Source: an uncultured SAR86 cluster bacterium
Lineage (GTDB): Bacteria; Pseudomonadota; Gammaproteobacteria; Magnimaribacterales; AG-339-G14
Direction: 5' to 3'
Assembly: GCA_902525435.1 (NCBI GenBank)
Contig: CABZHD010000006.1
Location: 2,591 to 66,590, forward strand
DNA length: 64,000 nt
A program made the translations under genes and the position numbers. The notes beneath the pieces were generated by a model that saw nothing but the letters and a program-made list of their open reading frames with translations, made no database searches and was not told where the DNA came from. This document shows, piece by piece, positions 27,151-36,637 of the stretch; position 1 is the stretch's first letter; every line of letters begins with the position of its first letter.

Positions 27151-27924
27151 ATGAGTGAGTTATTTGATTTAACAGGCAAAAAAGCCATTATCACCGGCTC
27201 CTCAAAAGGAATTGGGAAATCTATTGCCAAAGCCATGGCACTTCATGGTGCGGAAGTTGTTATATCCAGTAGAAAAGCTGATGTATGCCAGGAAACAGCT
27301 GATGAAATTAACGAAGCTTGCAAGGATGGTCCTGGAAAAGCGATTGTGATTCCTTGCAATATCTCTGATAAAACTGCTTTAGAGATGTTAGTTGAAGAAA
27401 CAAGAATCCAACTTGGTCAGATTGATATTTTGGTCTGTAATGCTGCAACCAATCCTTTCTTTGGCTCTATCAAAGATATCCCTGATGAGGCATTTGAGAA
27501 AATTATGAATAACAACATCAAAAGTAATCATAATTTATGTCAAATGGTGATCCCTGAGATGGTTGAAAGAGAAGACGGAAATATTATTATTGTTTCTTCT
27601 ATAGGAGGCATGAGAGCAAGTCAGGTGATTGGAGCTTACAATGTCTCCAAAGCTGCAGACATAATGCTTGTTAAAAATTATGCATCTGAATTTGGTAAAT
27701 TTAATGTCAGAACAAATTGCATTGCTCCTGGTTTAATCAGAACTGATTTTGCAAAAGCTTTATGGGAAAACCCTGAGATTTTAAAATCAGCTCTAACCGG
27801 CACACCACAAAATAGAATCGGTGAGCCAGATGAGCTTGGAGGAGCTGCTGTATTTCTTGCATCTGCAGCAGGTAGTTATGTAAATGGTCACACAATTGTC
27901 GTCGATGGAGGCACAACAGTTTAG
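27151..27924 (+). CDS. Short-chain dehydrogenase/reductase
   Basis: 257 aa with ITGSSKGIG, NAAT and YNVSKAA. The ATG immediately follows the upstream TAA. Confidence 0.85.
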   Translation: MSELFDLTGKKAIITGSSKGIGKSIAKAMALHGAEVVISSRKADVCQETADEINEACKDGPGKAIVIPCNISDKTALEMLVEETRIQLGQIDILVCNAATNPFFGSIKDIPDEAFEKIMNNNIKSNHNLCQMVIPEMVEREDGNIIIVSSIGGMRASQVIGAYNVSKAADIMLVKNYASEFGKFNVRTNCIAPGLIRTDFAKALWENPEILKSALTGTPQNRIGEPDELGGAAVFLASAAGSYVNGHTIVVDGGTTV

Positions 27925-27926
27925 TT

Positions 27927-28727
27927 ATGAGTAATAAAGATTTAGTTTTATATGAAGATTTAAAAAATGGTGTTGGACTGGTTAAATTAAATAGACCGGA
28001 AAGATTAAATGCAATTACCCCTGCTCTTAGTGCAAGGCTCAAGGAGATCTTAGATCAAGCATGTGCGGATGATTCTATTAAAGTAATCGTTCTTACCGGA
28101 GAAGGAAGAGGATTTACAGCAGGTGCCGACATGGACGGTCTTGCTAGTACCTCTGAAGGAAAATCAGATTCCTCTGAACAATCTAAAGATGATGAGCCTT
28201 GGAAAGGATTCAGTTATGTGCGTAATTTAGACAAACCAGTTATAGCAGCCATTAATGGTCCTGCTGCTGGGGTTGGTTTTATTCTATCTCTGTACTGTGA
28301 TATCAGATTTGCATCAGAAACTGCAGTGTTTTCAACAGCTTTCTCTAAGAGAGGTTTGATTGCTGAGTGGGGCGTTGGCTGGATGCTTAGCAGGATAATT
28401 GGTTTATCTCATGCTAATGATCTTCTTTTCTCTGCAAGAAAATTTGACGGAAAAGAAGCTGAAAGAATCGGTCTCGTAAATAAAGCTATTCCAGCTGATT
28501 CATTTATGGATGAAGTCATTTCTTACGCAGAAGATCTAGCAAAGAATGTTTCGCCAAGATCTGTGAAAATTATGAAAGAGCAAATGTATGCGTCTCTGGA
28601 AGAATCATTTGATGATCATATTCAAAAAGCATTTAAAAAGATGGTTGAAAGCTTCGGTTCAGATGATTTCAAAGAGGGAGTCAAACATTTCATAGAAAAA
28701 AGACCAGCGAATTTTACAGGTAAGTAA
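27927..28727 (+). CDS. Enoyl-CoA hydratase/isomerase family protein
   Basis: 266 aa with FTAGADMD and AAINGPAAGVGFILSLYCD. Confidence 0.85.
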   Translation: MSNKDLVLYEDLKNGVGLVKLNRPERLNAITPALSARLKEILDQACADDSIKVIVLTGEGRGFTAGADMDGLASTSEGKSDSSEQSKDDEPWKGFSYVRNLDKPVIAAINGPAAGVGFILSLYCDIRFASETAVFSTAFSKRGLIAEWGVGWMLSRIIGLSHANDLLFSARKFDGKEAERIGLVNKAIPADSFMDEVISYAEDLAKNVSPRSVKIMKEQMYASLEESFDDHIQKAFKKMVESFGSDDFKEGVKHFIEKRPANFTGK

Positions 28728-28730
28728 ATT

Positions 28731-30446
28731 ATGGCTGGCCAGTTGGATCTGATTGATCCTCAAAAAAGATTAGAAACATTTGAAAAGATTTCTTCTGAAG
28801 GACTCCTTGGAGTTAATAAAGAGACGATTAGAGGGAATGAATATTATGTTTTTTCAGAATCTCCAGATAATCTCTTAGGATATTATCAGCTGGGTTTAAC
28901 TCATGGCGAGTGGACTCACGTCGTTTTTGAAGATCAACAAATTCCTTATAGTGAAACTCTATCAAGATCGTATCAGCTGGCAAACTCTCTTCAGAACATT
29001 TACGGTATTGAAAAAGGAGATAAAGTTGCCTTTTCGATGCGAAATTATCCTGAGTGGATGTTCGCGTATATTGCGGTGACATCGATAGGTGCAGTTGCTG
29101 TTCCTTTGAATTCCTGGTGGCAAGGAGATGAACTTGAATACGGATTAAATAATAGCGAGTCAAAATTATTCATTGCTGATCAAGAGCGCTTAGAACGTCT
29201 TGGAGACAAATGTCCTGATATTAAAAGAATTTCGGTGAGATCTGAAAATCCAGATCACTCTGACATAGATTTTTATAAAGTTATCGAAAATCAGAATAAA
29301 ACTCTTGATAATGAAGTTGCCGTCAGTCCTGACGATGATGCATCAATAATGTATACATCTGGTAGCACGGGGCATCCTAAAGGAGTTGTTTCATCGCATA
29401 GATCGGTAATGTTTGCGCCTTTTTATTGGATTGCTCTTCAAACTTTGTTGAAGGAGTCTTCAGATGAAGAAAATCTAGAAATTATGGGCGAAGGAGATCA
29501 AGCTGCTGTTCTTGTAAGCGTTCCTCTATTTCATGTGACAGGTTCTCATGCCATATTTTTATTATCGATTCCTGTTGGTAGGAAAACAGTGCTCATGCAT
29601 AAATGGGATCCAGAAGTTGCCTTGGACTTAATCGAAAGAGAGAAAATTTCTGATTTCACTGGCGTGCCAACAATGTCATATGAGCTTGTTGAAGCACAAA
29701 AAAAGAACCCGAGAGACATATCTTCTCTAAGAGGATTAAACGGTGGCGGTGCTGCTCGACCTCCTGAGCAAGTAAAAGAAATGAGAGAAAATTTTAAGGA
29801 TACTTCTCCTGGAATTGGTTACGGTCTCACGGAAACAAACGCCTTAGCAGCCAATAATGCCGGAGACTTATATTCAGAAAAACCCTCAAGCACAGGGTTT
29901 CCTTTACCAAAATTAATAGACCTAAAAATAGTTGATGATGATGGTAATGACCTGGGAACAGACGAAATTGGAGAAGTCTGTATCAGAGGTGCTTGTAACT
30001 TTAAAAATTATTGGAAAAATCAGGATGCCACTGATGAAGTTTTAGATGCTGAAGGTTGGTTTAGATCAGGAGATTTAGGCTTATTAGACAGCGATGGCTT
30101 TTTATACATAAAAGATAGAAAGAAAGATATTGTTATTAGGGGTGGTGAAAATATTGCATGTCTCGAGGTTGAAGCCGCTATAACTGAACACCCTTCTGTT
30201 CTTGAAGCATCTGTCTTTGGGATTCCTGATGAAAGACTTGGTGAGAAACTAGCAACTGTTGTATCGTGTAGAGAAGATCAAATGATTGATGAGGTCGAAT
30301 TATCAGGCTTTTTAGCATCTAAACTGGCTAAATTTAAAATTCCAGAATTTATGAAATTTCAAACAGAAAAACTTCCAAGAATTGCTTCTGGAAAAATTGC
30401 AAAAAAACAACTTAGGGAAGAAGCAGTTTCTACCATAGGAAAATAA
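28731..30446 (+). CDS. AMP-dependent acyl-CoA synthetase/ligase
   Basis: 571 aa with the AMP-binding motif MYTSGSTGHPKGV, plus GYGLTET and SGDLG...DRKKD. Confidence 0.9.
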   Translation: MAGQLDLIDPQKRLETFEKISSEGLLGVNKETIRGNEYYVFSESPDNLLGYYQLGLTHGEWTHVVFEDQQIPYSETLSRSYQLANSLQNIYGIEKGDKVAFSMRNYPEWMFAYIAVTSIGAVAVPLNSWWQGDELEYGLNNSESKLFIADQERLERLGDKCPDIKRISVRSENPDHSDIDFYKVIENQNKTLDNEVAVSPDDDASIMYTSGSTGHPKGVVSSHRSVMFAPFYWIALQTLLKESSDEENLEIMGEGDQAAVLVSVPLFHVTGSHAIFLLSIPVGRKTVLMHKWDPEVALDLIEREKISDFTGVPTMSYELVEAQKKNPRDISSLRGLNGGGAARPPEQVKEMRENFKDTSPGIGYGLTETNALAANNAGDLYSEKPSSTGFPLPKLIDLKIVDDDGNDLGTDEIGEVCIRGACNFKNYWKNQDATDEVLDAEGWFRSGDLGLLDSDGFLYIKDRKKDIVIRGGENIACLEVEAAITEHPSVLEASVFGIPDERLGEKLATVVSCREDQMIDEVELSGFLASKLAKFKIPEFMKFQTEKLPRIASGKIAKKQLREEAVSTIGK

Positions 30447-30447
30447 T

Positions 30448-31245
30448 ATGAATATTGAAAATAAAGTTGTAGTTGTTACAGGAGCTGCAAGCGGAATTGG
30501 AAGAGCTCTTGCTCAGGCTTTTAAAAACGCTCGAGCAGATAAAGTTTACATAGCAGATCTCAATGAAGAAGGATTAGCAGAAACAGCCGATTTGATGGAT
30601 GGTATTGCAATAAAAACTGATGTCTCAAAAGAATCAGAAATTAGGAGCTTGATTGAAGAAGTTAATAAAGAAAACGACATAGATATATTTTGTTCAAATG
30701 CTGGAATTGGAGGAGAATTTGGCCTCCTCGATACCTCTGCGCAAGGTTGGCAAACTATTTGGGATATCAATGTTATGTCTCATATTCACGCAGCTAAATA
30801 TTGTTTACCTAACATGCTGAAACGCGAATCCGGTTACTTCATGAATACCGCATCAGCAGCTGGACTTTTGACTCAAATCGGAGCCGCACCCTACTCAGTC
30901 ACTAAAGCAGCCGCTGTTTCTTTTGCTGAATGGCTGAAGATTACATACGGTTCGAATGGTATTGGCGTTACCTGCTTGTGCCCTCAGGCAGTAAGAACAG
31001 CGATGACTGCTAATGGGCCTGGTGTTGCAGGTGTTGACGGAATGATTGAACCTGAAGAATGTGCCGCTGAAGTTTTGGATGCCATAGTCAATGAAAGATT
31101 TTTAGCAGCTCCGCATAAAGAGGTTCTTGAGTATGTATCCAGAAAAGGGAATGATCGAGACAGATGGATTTCAGGCATGCAACGATTACAAACACAGTTT
31201 ACTGATTTCATAGAATCGGCTGATCCTAATAAAGACAGTCATTGA
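30448..31245 (+). CDS. Short-chain dehydrogenase/reductase
   Basis: 265 aa with VTGAASGIG, NAGI and YSVTKAA. Confidence 0.85.
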   Translation: MNIENKVVVVTGAASGIGRALAQAFKNARADKVYIADLNEEGLAETADLMDGIAIKTDVSKESEIRSLIEEVNKENDIDIFCSNAGIGGEFGLLDTSAQGWQTIWDINVMSHIHAAKYCLPNMLKRESGYFMNTASAAGLLTQIGAAPYSVTKAAAVSFAEWLKITYGSNGIGVTCLCPQAVRTAMTANGPGVAGVDGMIEPEECAAEVLDAIVNERFLAAPHKEVLEYVSRKGNDRDRWISGMQRLQTQFTDFIESADPNKDSH

Positions 31246-31606
31246 CGACCACATAGTTCATAGATACATACATCTCAGAATTTCCCCAGATTCTGCAAAA
31301 TTTGACTCCGTCTACTCTCACTTCTTTTTCTATTAATTCGACAGAAAACTTATCGATAATTTCTCCTTCAGGAAAGGAAAATATATTTATTCGAGCGCCA
31401 ATTTCCATAGAAGTTACATCCAAAGTGACGAAATAATCAATTTTATATTCATCATTCTCTCTGTTAACGTAAAAAGAATCACCCTTCCAACTGATTTCAT
31501 TTGATGTCTGATTTTCAGAGCACGAAATTAAAAAAGCTAAAAAGATATAGAATAAATATGTGTCTTTGACATAAGATTTAAACATGTTTACTGATGAGCC
31601 TTTCAT
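31226..31606 (-). CDS. Small hypothetical lipoprotein
   Basis: Lipobox FLIS|C. The likely start is the internal ATG at 31585 (MFKSYVKDTYLFYIFLAFLISC), not 31606. Confidence 0.45.
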   Translation of the reverse strand: MKGSSVNMFKSYVKDTYLFYIFLAFLISCSENQTSNEISWKGDSFYVNRENDEYKIDYFVTLDVTSMEIGARINIFSFPEGEIIDKFSVELIEKEVRVDGVKFCRIWGNSEMYVSMNYVVVNDCLY

Positions 31607-32306
31607 AATATTTGGATCCGATCACTTGATAGCTCTGGGTTTGATTTTTATTTCCATAATCATTATTCCCTATTTAGTCCTAACCTTGAAAGAAGAAACT
31701 CAAAATATAATTTCCACCTCGTTGGCATTGTTGATTCTACTTAATGAATTTTCTAAACCAATATATTACCCTGCCCTTTATCCTGATTATTTCTCCATAT
31801 TGAAGATTTTGCCTCTTCATTTTTGTCACTTATCAGCAATCTGTGCAGCCATTTTTTTACTTTCTAGAAAGAAGATTTTTTTTGAAATATCTTTTTTTTG
31901 GGGAATTGCGGGAGGATTGATTGCTAATACACAGCCAGATATCAGATTTGCCTTTCCTGATCCAAATTTCATTCTCTTTTTCTTTGGTCATGGATTAATG
32001 TGGTTAGGAATATTCTTTTCCCTAATTGTCTACAAGGTAAGACCCTATTTTAAAACTTTCATAAAGATTTTCTTCATTACTGTCTTGTTATCTCCAGTTG
32101 TCTACTCTATTAATAGTTTTATAAATTATTTTGCTGAGGGTAACCCTGCAAATTATTGGTACCTAATGGCAAGACCTGATGGCGCATCAATTGCTGATTT
32201 TCTACCTGATCCACCAGCTCAAATTCCAATTTTTGTTCTTCTTGCATTCATAATTTTTGCATTGATATATACTCCTTTTGCAGTCTGGGATAAATTAAAG
32301 AAATGA
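31584..32306 (+). CDS. Integral membrane protein, TIGR02206/YwaF-like
   Basis: 240 aa and polytopic. The LPLHFCH motif resembles the LPLHLC signature I recall for this family. Confidence 0.5.
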   Translation: MFTDEPFIIFGSDHLIALGLIFISIIIIPYLVLTLKEETQNIISTSLALLILLNEFSKPIYYPALYPDYFSILKILPLHFCHLSAICAAIFLLSRKKIFFEISFFWGIAGGLIANTQPDIRFAFPDPNFILFFFGHGLMWLGIFFSLIVYKVRPYFKTFIKIFFITVLLSPVVYSINSFINYFAEGNPANYWYLMARPDGASIADFLPDPPAQIPIFVLLAFIIFALIYTPFAVWDKLKK

Positions 32307-32758
32307 ACTTAGAAAAAAATGCTCCTTATTTAGCGATGGCTCTTATCGCCATTACTTTAATTTTTAGTCAAATAGGAATATTCGATGAAAAATATAATTT
32401 GGACCTTAATTTATTGATTCAAGAGTCAGAAAATGATGCCTTTATAGAGTTAAATGAATATTCGCTATCCAAGATCCCACGACTACAGTTATCTGTCAGA
32501 AATTCATCAGAGAGCAATCAATCAGAGGATTTAACGATTTTTGTGGATATTTATCGAGCAAAGAGCGGTCAAAGTGACGCAGAAAAATGGAAAACTTTTG
32601 ATTGCCCGCCTAATCCCGATGGGTGTTTAGTATATTTTTCGGATACGTCTTTTCCTTCAGGAAGTGATCACATGACTTATTTCGCAAAAGCATCTTTGAG
32701 CAATTCTGGTGAAAAAAAGTTTATATCCAATAAGATTAAAGCAATATTTAAAAAATAA
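32303..32758 (+). CDS. Membrane-anchored hypothetical protein
   Basis: 151 aa with an N-terminal TM. There is a 4-nt overlap with the upstream gene. No motif was recognised. Confidence 0.4.
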   Translation: MNLEKNAPYLAMALIAITLIFSQIGIFDEKYNLDLNLLIQESENDAFIELNEYSLSKIPRLQLSVRNSSESNQSEDLTIFVDIYRAKSGQSDAEKWKTFDCPPNPDGCLVYFSDTSFPSGSDHMTYFAKASLSNSGEKKFISNKIKAIFKK

Positions 32759-32763
32759 ACATT

Positions 32764-34854
32764 GTGTTTAAAATAAGTTACATTTTTCTTATTTCATTTC
32801 TAATTTTAAGTTGTTCGGAGGAAAGTGAGATGATAAATCCATTCTATGAAGATTACAAAAACGAGTTTCAAGTACCTAATTTCAAATCAATAAAAATAGA
32901 TCATTATCTACCTGCATTTGAGGAAGGCATTAGGACGCATGAAAAAGAGATAATAAATATTTCAAATAACGATAAAAATCCATCGTTCGAAAACACAATC
33001 GCTGAACTTGAGAGATCTGGAGAGTTATTAACCAAAGTTACTGCTGTTTTTTATAATTTATTATCTGCAGATACCAACGATGACTTAGATAAGCTATCTG
33101 AAAAGATTGGTCCTAAGCTTTCTGCACATAGAGATTCATTATTCCTGAATGAGAAAATATTCAAAAGACTAAAATCCATTAAAACAATCGAGTATTCTTC
33201 TTTAACTTCAGAACAACAAAGATTAACTGATGAGATGATTAGAAACTTTGAGATGAATGGTGCAAACCTTTCTGAACAGAGCAAAGAAAGATTTATTGAA
33301 ATCAATAAAAAACTCACTGAGCTTTCTATAAAGTTTGATCAAAACGTTTTAAAAGATACCAATAATTCTGAATTGTATATAAGCGATGAAAAAGAATTAG
33401 GCGGCCTCTCAGAAAAAATTAAAGACCAAGCTAAACGTTTAGCAAAAAATAAAGGATATTCATCCGGTTGGGTTTTCAATCCAACAAGAATTAGTATGTA
33501 TCCGTTTTTAACAAGTTCTACAAATAGGGACTTACGTGAGCAACTTTATAAAATGTATATAAACAGAGGAAAAAATCCTAATGAATTCAATAACGAGGAA
33601 ATCGTCAGGGAAATGGCTAATTTGAGGTTGGAAAAAGCTCAACTGATGGGTTTTACAAACCACGCCGAGCTTTCTTTACAGAAAACCATGGCGAAATCTT
33701 CTAACGGAGTTAACGCTCTTCTCAATCAAGTATGGGAGCCTGCAAAAGCAATGGCCCAAGAAGAGATAAAGGATATGCAAGAGCTTATTCAAGAGGAAGG
33801 TAATAATTTTGCTCTTCAAGCTTGGGATTGGATGCATTATTCTGAAAAAGTTAGAAAAAGAAAATACGACTTTGATTCAGCGGAGGTTCAACCGTATCTT
33901 GAAATGGATGCAATCAGGGATTCAGCCTTTGAGCTTGCTAATAGGCTATTTGGAATAAAATTTATTCAAAAAAATGATATTCCTAAATATCATCCAGACG
34001 TAGATACCTTTGAGGTACTTGATAAAAATGGAGATCATTTAGGAGTTTTTCTAACCGATTATTTTGCCAGACCATCTAAGCAAGGTGGTGCTTGGATGAA
34101 CACTTTTAGAGATCAAAGCAATTTCGATGGAAGAGTTAGACCTATAGTGTTGAATGTTTGTAATTTTGCAAAACCCAATGAAGGTGAAAAAGCATTTCTA
34201 ACCTTTGAGCATGCCGAGATTCTGTTTCATGAATTCGGTCATGCCTTACATGGATTGCTTTCGGATGTGGATTACCCTTATCTATCAGGGACAAGTGTCA
34301 CGAGAGATTATGTCGAGTTTCCCTCTCAATTAATGGAAAATTGGATAAGACATTCTGATTTTTTAGCCGAATTTGCAAAGCATTTTCAAACCGGCAAACC
34401 TATTCCAAAAAGTTTGTTAGAAAAAATGTCTTCTGCTGGCACTTTTAATCAAGGATTTGCTACCACTGAGTACATGATAGCTTCAATGCTGGATCTTGCT
34501 TGGCACACAATTGAATCACCAGTAGAGAACACAGAAGAATTTGAGCAAACTCTTTTCAGAGAAATTGGAAAGCCAGTCGAAATAGATAGCAGGTATGGAA
34601 GCACCTATTTTGGTCATATTTTTGCTGGAGGTTATGCTGCGGGTTATTACAGTTATATGTGGTCTGAAGTTCTTGATTCTCATGCTTTTGAGATATTTGA
34701 TAAAGAAGGATTATATGACAGTGAATATGCTGAAAAACTAGAAGATTTTGTTTATAGTTCAGGTAACTCAGTTGATTTAATGAATCAATATAAAAAATTT
34801 AGAGGTGAGGAGCCAAACGTGAGTTCTTTGCTGAGAAAACGCGGTTTAAATTAA
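32764..34854 (+). CDS. dcp: Peptidyl-dipeptidase Dcp / oligopeptidase, M3 family, lipoprotein
   Basis: 696 aa with lipobox LILS|C and zinc motif HEFGHALH in an M3-typical context. GTG start. Confidence 0.9.
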   Translation: MFKISYIFLISFLILSCSEESEMINPFYEDYKNEFQVPNFKSIKIDHYLPAFEEGIRTHEKEIINISNNDKNPSFENTIAELERSGELLTKVTAVFYNLLSADTNDDLDKLSEKIGPKLSAHRDSLFLNEKIFKRLKSIKTIEYSSLTSEQQRLTDEMIRNFEMNGANLSEQSKERFIEINKKLTELSIKFDQNVLKDTNNSELYISDEKELGGLSEKIKDQAKRLAKNKGYSSGWVFNPTRISMYPFLTSSTNRDLREQLYKMYINRGKNPNEFNNEEIVREMANLRLEKAQLMGFTNHAELSLQKTMAKSSNGVNALLNQVWEPAKAMAQEEIKDMQELIQEEGNNFALQAWDWMHYSEKVRKRKYDFDSAEVQPYLEMDAIRDSAFELANRLFGIKFIQKNDIPKYHPDVDTFEVLDKNGDHLGVFLTDYFARPSKQGGAWMNTFRDQSNFDGRVRPIVLNVCNFAKPNEGEKAFLTFEHAEILFHEFGHALHGLLSDVDYPYLSGTSVTRDYVEFPSQLMENWIRHSDFLAEFAKHFQTGKPIPKSLLEKMSSAGTFNQGFATTEYMIASMLDLAWHTIESPVENTEEFEQTLFREIGKPVEIDSRYGSTYFGHIFAGGYAAGYYSYMWSEVLDSHAFEIFDKEGLYDSEYAEKLEDFVYSSGNSVDLMNQYKKFRGEEPNVSSLLRKRGLN

Positions 34855-34870
34855 AAATTAGGGGATAAAA

Positions 34871-36637
34871 ATGGAGAGCTTATATTGGAAATTTCATGGA
34901 ATATTTGAGGATATTTATTATTACGTAACTGCCCTCCCTCGCTTTATTCTTTATTGGGGTGAAAAATCTCCACTTAACCTTTACACGTTTGTTAAATGGA
35001 ACATTAAAAAGTATCCAAACGAGAACGCATTTCTATTCAAAGAAGAAGTTCTTACTTGGAAACAAGCTTCAGACAAAATCAATAAATACTCTGGAGTGAT
35101 TAGATCTCTGGGCTTAAACAAAGGAGATTCTTTTGCTCTATTAATGGATAACCGAATCGAGTATCTCTTGTTGATTTTGGCTGCTGTTAAGTCAGGAACT
35201 ATAGCTGCATTAATCAATACGACTGTCAGAGGTGAAGGTTTAAGACACGTTTTGAACGTGGCAAATGCTAAAGCTATATTCATCGGTGCTTCACACCTTG
35301 ATAAATTTAATTCTTCTCTCACAGATGAAGAAAGGGGAAATTTAATTATTGTGGGAATAGACGATCAAGAACAAGTTCCATCAGATATCCAAGATTTAGA
35401 AAGCTTAGAAAAAAATTCGACTCCTTGCGATGAAGTAACTACAACATTCAAAGAAGCATGCATGTATATGTATACATCTGGAACAACCGGCTTACCAAAA
35501 GCAGCCCTGATCACAAATGAAAGAGCTGTTCGAATGACATATTTTGGTCAATTTTTAGGTTTTAATTTTAAACAGAGCGATGTTCTCTACAATACCCTGC
35601 CGCTTTATCACGCAACCGGTCTTCTGTATTGTTGGGCAGCATCTTTAAGAGCAGGCAATGCTATTGTGATTAAAGAAAAATTCTCAGCGTCTGATTTTTG
35701 GTCAGATATACAGAAATACGAAGCAACCATTTTTCCTTATGTGGGTGAACTTTGCAGATATCTCTTGAACTCTAAAGAAGTACCTGAGGAGAAAGGTCAT
35801 AAAATAAGAAGAATTTCTGGAAACGGTCTAAGACCTGATATTTGGGAAAAATTCCAAGAAAGATTTCAGATTCCTGAAATAAGAGAAATTTATGGTGCTA
35901 CTGAAGGAGTAACTGGTTTTATAAATAGAGCTGGCAGGCCTGGCATGATCGGTAGGCATAGATCAGCTGATAAGATCGTTAAATGTGATTTAGAAAGCGG
36001 TGAATTAATAAGAAATGAAGAAGGTAAATGTGAAAAGGTTAACGTTGGAGAAACTGGTCTTTATATTAGTGAAATTTCAAAATTAGCAACTTTTGATGGT
36101 TACCTAGATTCGCAAGCTTCTCAAAAGAAAATTTTGACGGATTGCTTTAAGGATGGAGACAGATATTTCAATAGTGGAGATTTGTTAACTCTCCATGAAA
36201 ATAATTGGTTGTCTTTTGCCGATAGAGTTGGTGATACTTTTAGATGGAAAGGAGAAAATGTTTCAACCATGGAGGTAGCAGCAATAGTTAATAAAGCTGA
36301 TGGTGTTCTTGATGCTAATGTTTACGGAGTTCAAGTTGATAATACCGAAGGACGAGCTGGCATGGCCCAGATGAATGTAAGCGAAAGCTTTAATCTATCT
36401 TCATTTGCTGACCACGTAGAAAAAAATCTTAACGGTTTTCAGAAACCCTACTTTTTACGTCTAACAAAAGAAATGCAAACGACTGGAACCTTTAAACATC
36501 AAAAAGAAGACTTAAAAAAATTAGGTTTTGATCCATCTAAATCTCAAGATCCGGTGTATTTTTTAAATGGCGATAAATACGAAGAAATTAACGAAGAGTT
36601 ATACAAAAGCATCCAATCGGGCAATGTAAGATTTTAA
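34871..36637 (+). CDS. Very-long-chain acyl-CoA synthetase / fatty-acid transport protein (FATP) family
   Basis: 588 aa with the AMP motif YMYTSGTTGLPKAA and the FATP signature DRVGDTFRWKGENVSTMEV. Confidence 0.85.
   Translation: MESLYWKFHGIFEDIYYYVTALPRFILYWGEKSPLNLYTFVKWNIKKYPNENAFLFKEEVLTWKQASDKINKYSGVIRSLGLNKGDSFALLMDNRIEYLLLILAAVKSGTIAALINTTVRGEGLRHVLNVANAKAIFIGASHLDKFNSSLTDEERGNLIIVGIDDQEQVPSDIQDLESLEKNSTPCDEVTTTFKEACMYMYTSGTTGLPKAALITNERAVRMTYFGQFLGFNFKQSDVLYNTLPLYHATGLLYCWAASLRAGNAIVIKEKFSASDFWSDIQKYEATIFPYVGELCRYLLNSKEVPEEKGHKIRRISGNGLRPDIWEKFQERFQIPEIREIYGATEGVTGFINRAGRPGMIGRHRSADKIVKCDLESGELIRNEEGKCEKVNVGETGLYISEISKLATFDGYLDSQASQKKILTDCFKDGDRYFNSGDLLTLHENNWLSFADRVGDTFRWKGENVSTMEVAAIVNKADGVLDANVYGVQVDNTEGRAGMAQMNVSESFNLSSFADHVEKNLNGFQKPYFLRLTKEMQTTGTFKHQKEDLKKLGFDPSKSQDPVYFLNGDKYEEINEELYKSIQSGNVRF

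Noticed and set aside
26574-29163. Antisense or shadow ORFs of 60-113 aa lie inside well-supported genes: 26441-26635, 26574-26885, 27054-27236, 27737-28042, 28828-29163. The same kind occurs at 3197-3433, 4027-4284, 6882-7064, 7692-7886, 8118-8321, 8538-8756, 10400-10594, 11842-12144, 12363-12554, 13436-13651, 16532-16750, 16817-17005, 17523-17765, 18223-18408, 18796-19035, 19292-19564 and 24008-24196.
   Set aside because: Each lies wholly or largely within a longer ORF that has clear family motifs. Their compositions are low-complexity or hydrophobic with no recognisable motif. No independent start or RBS context was seen.
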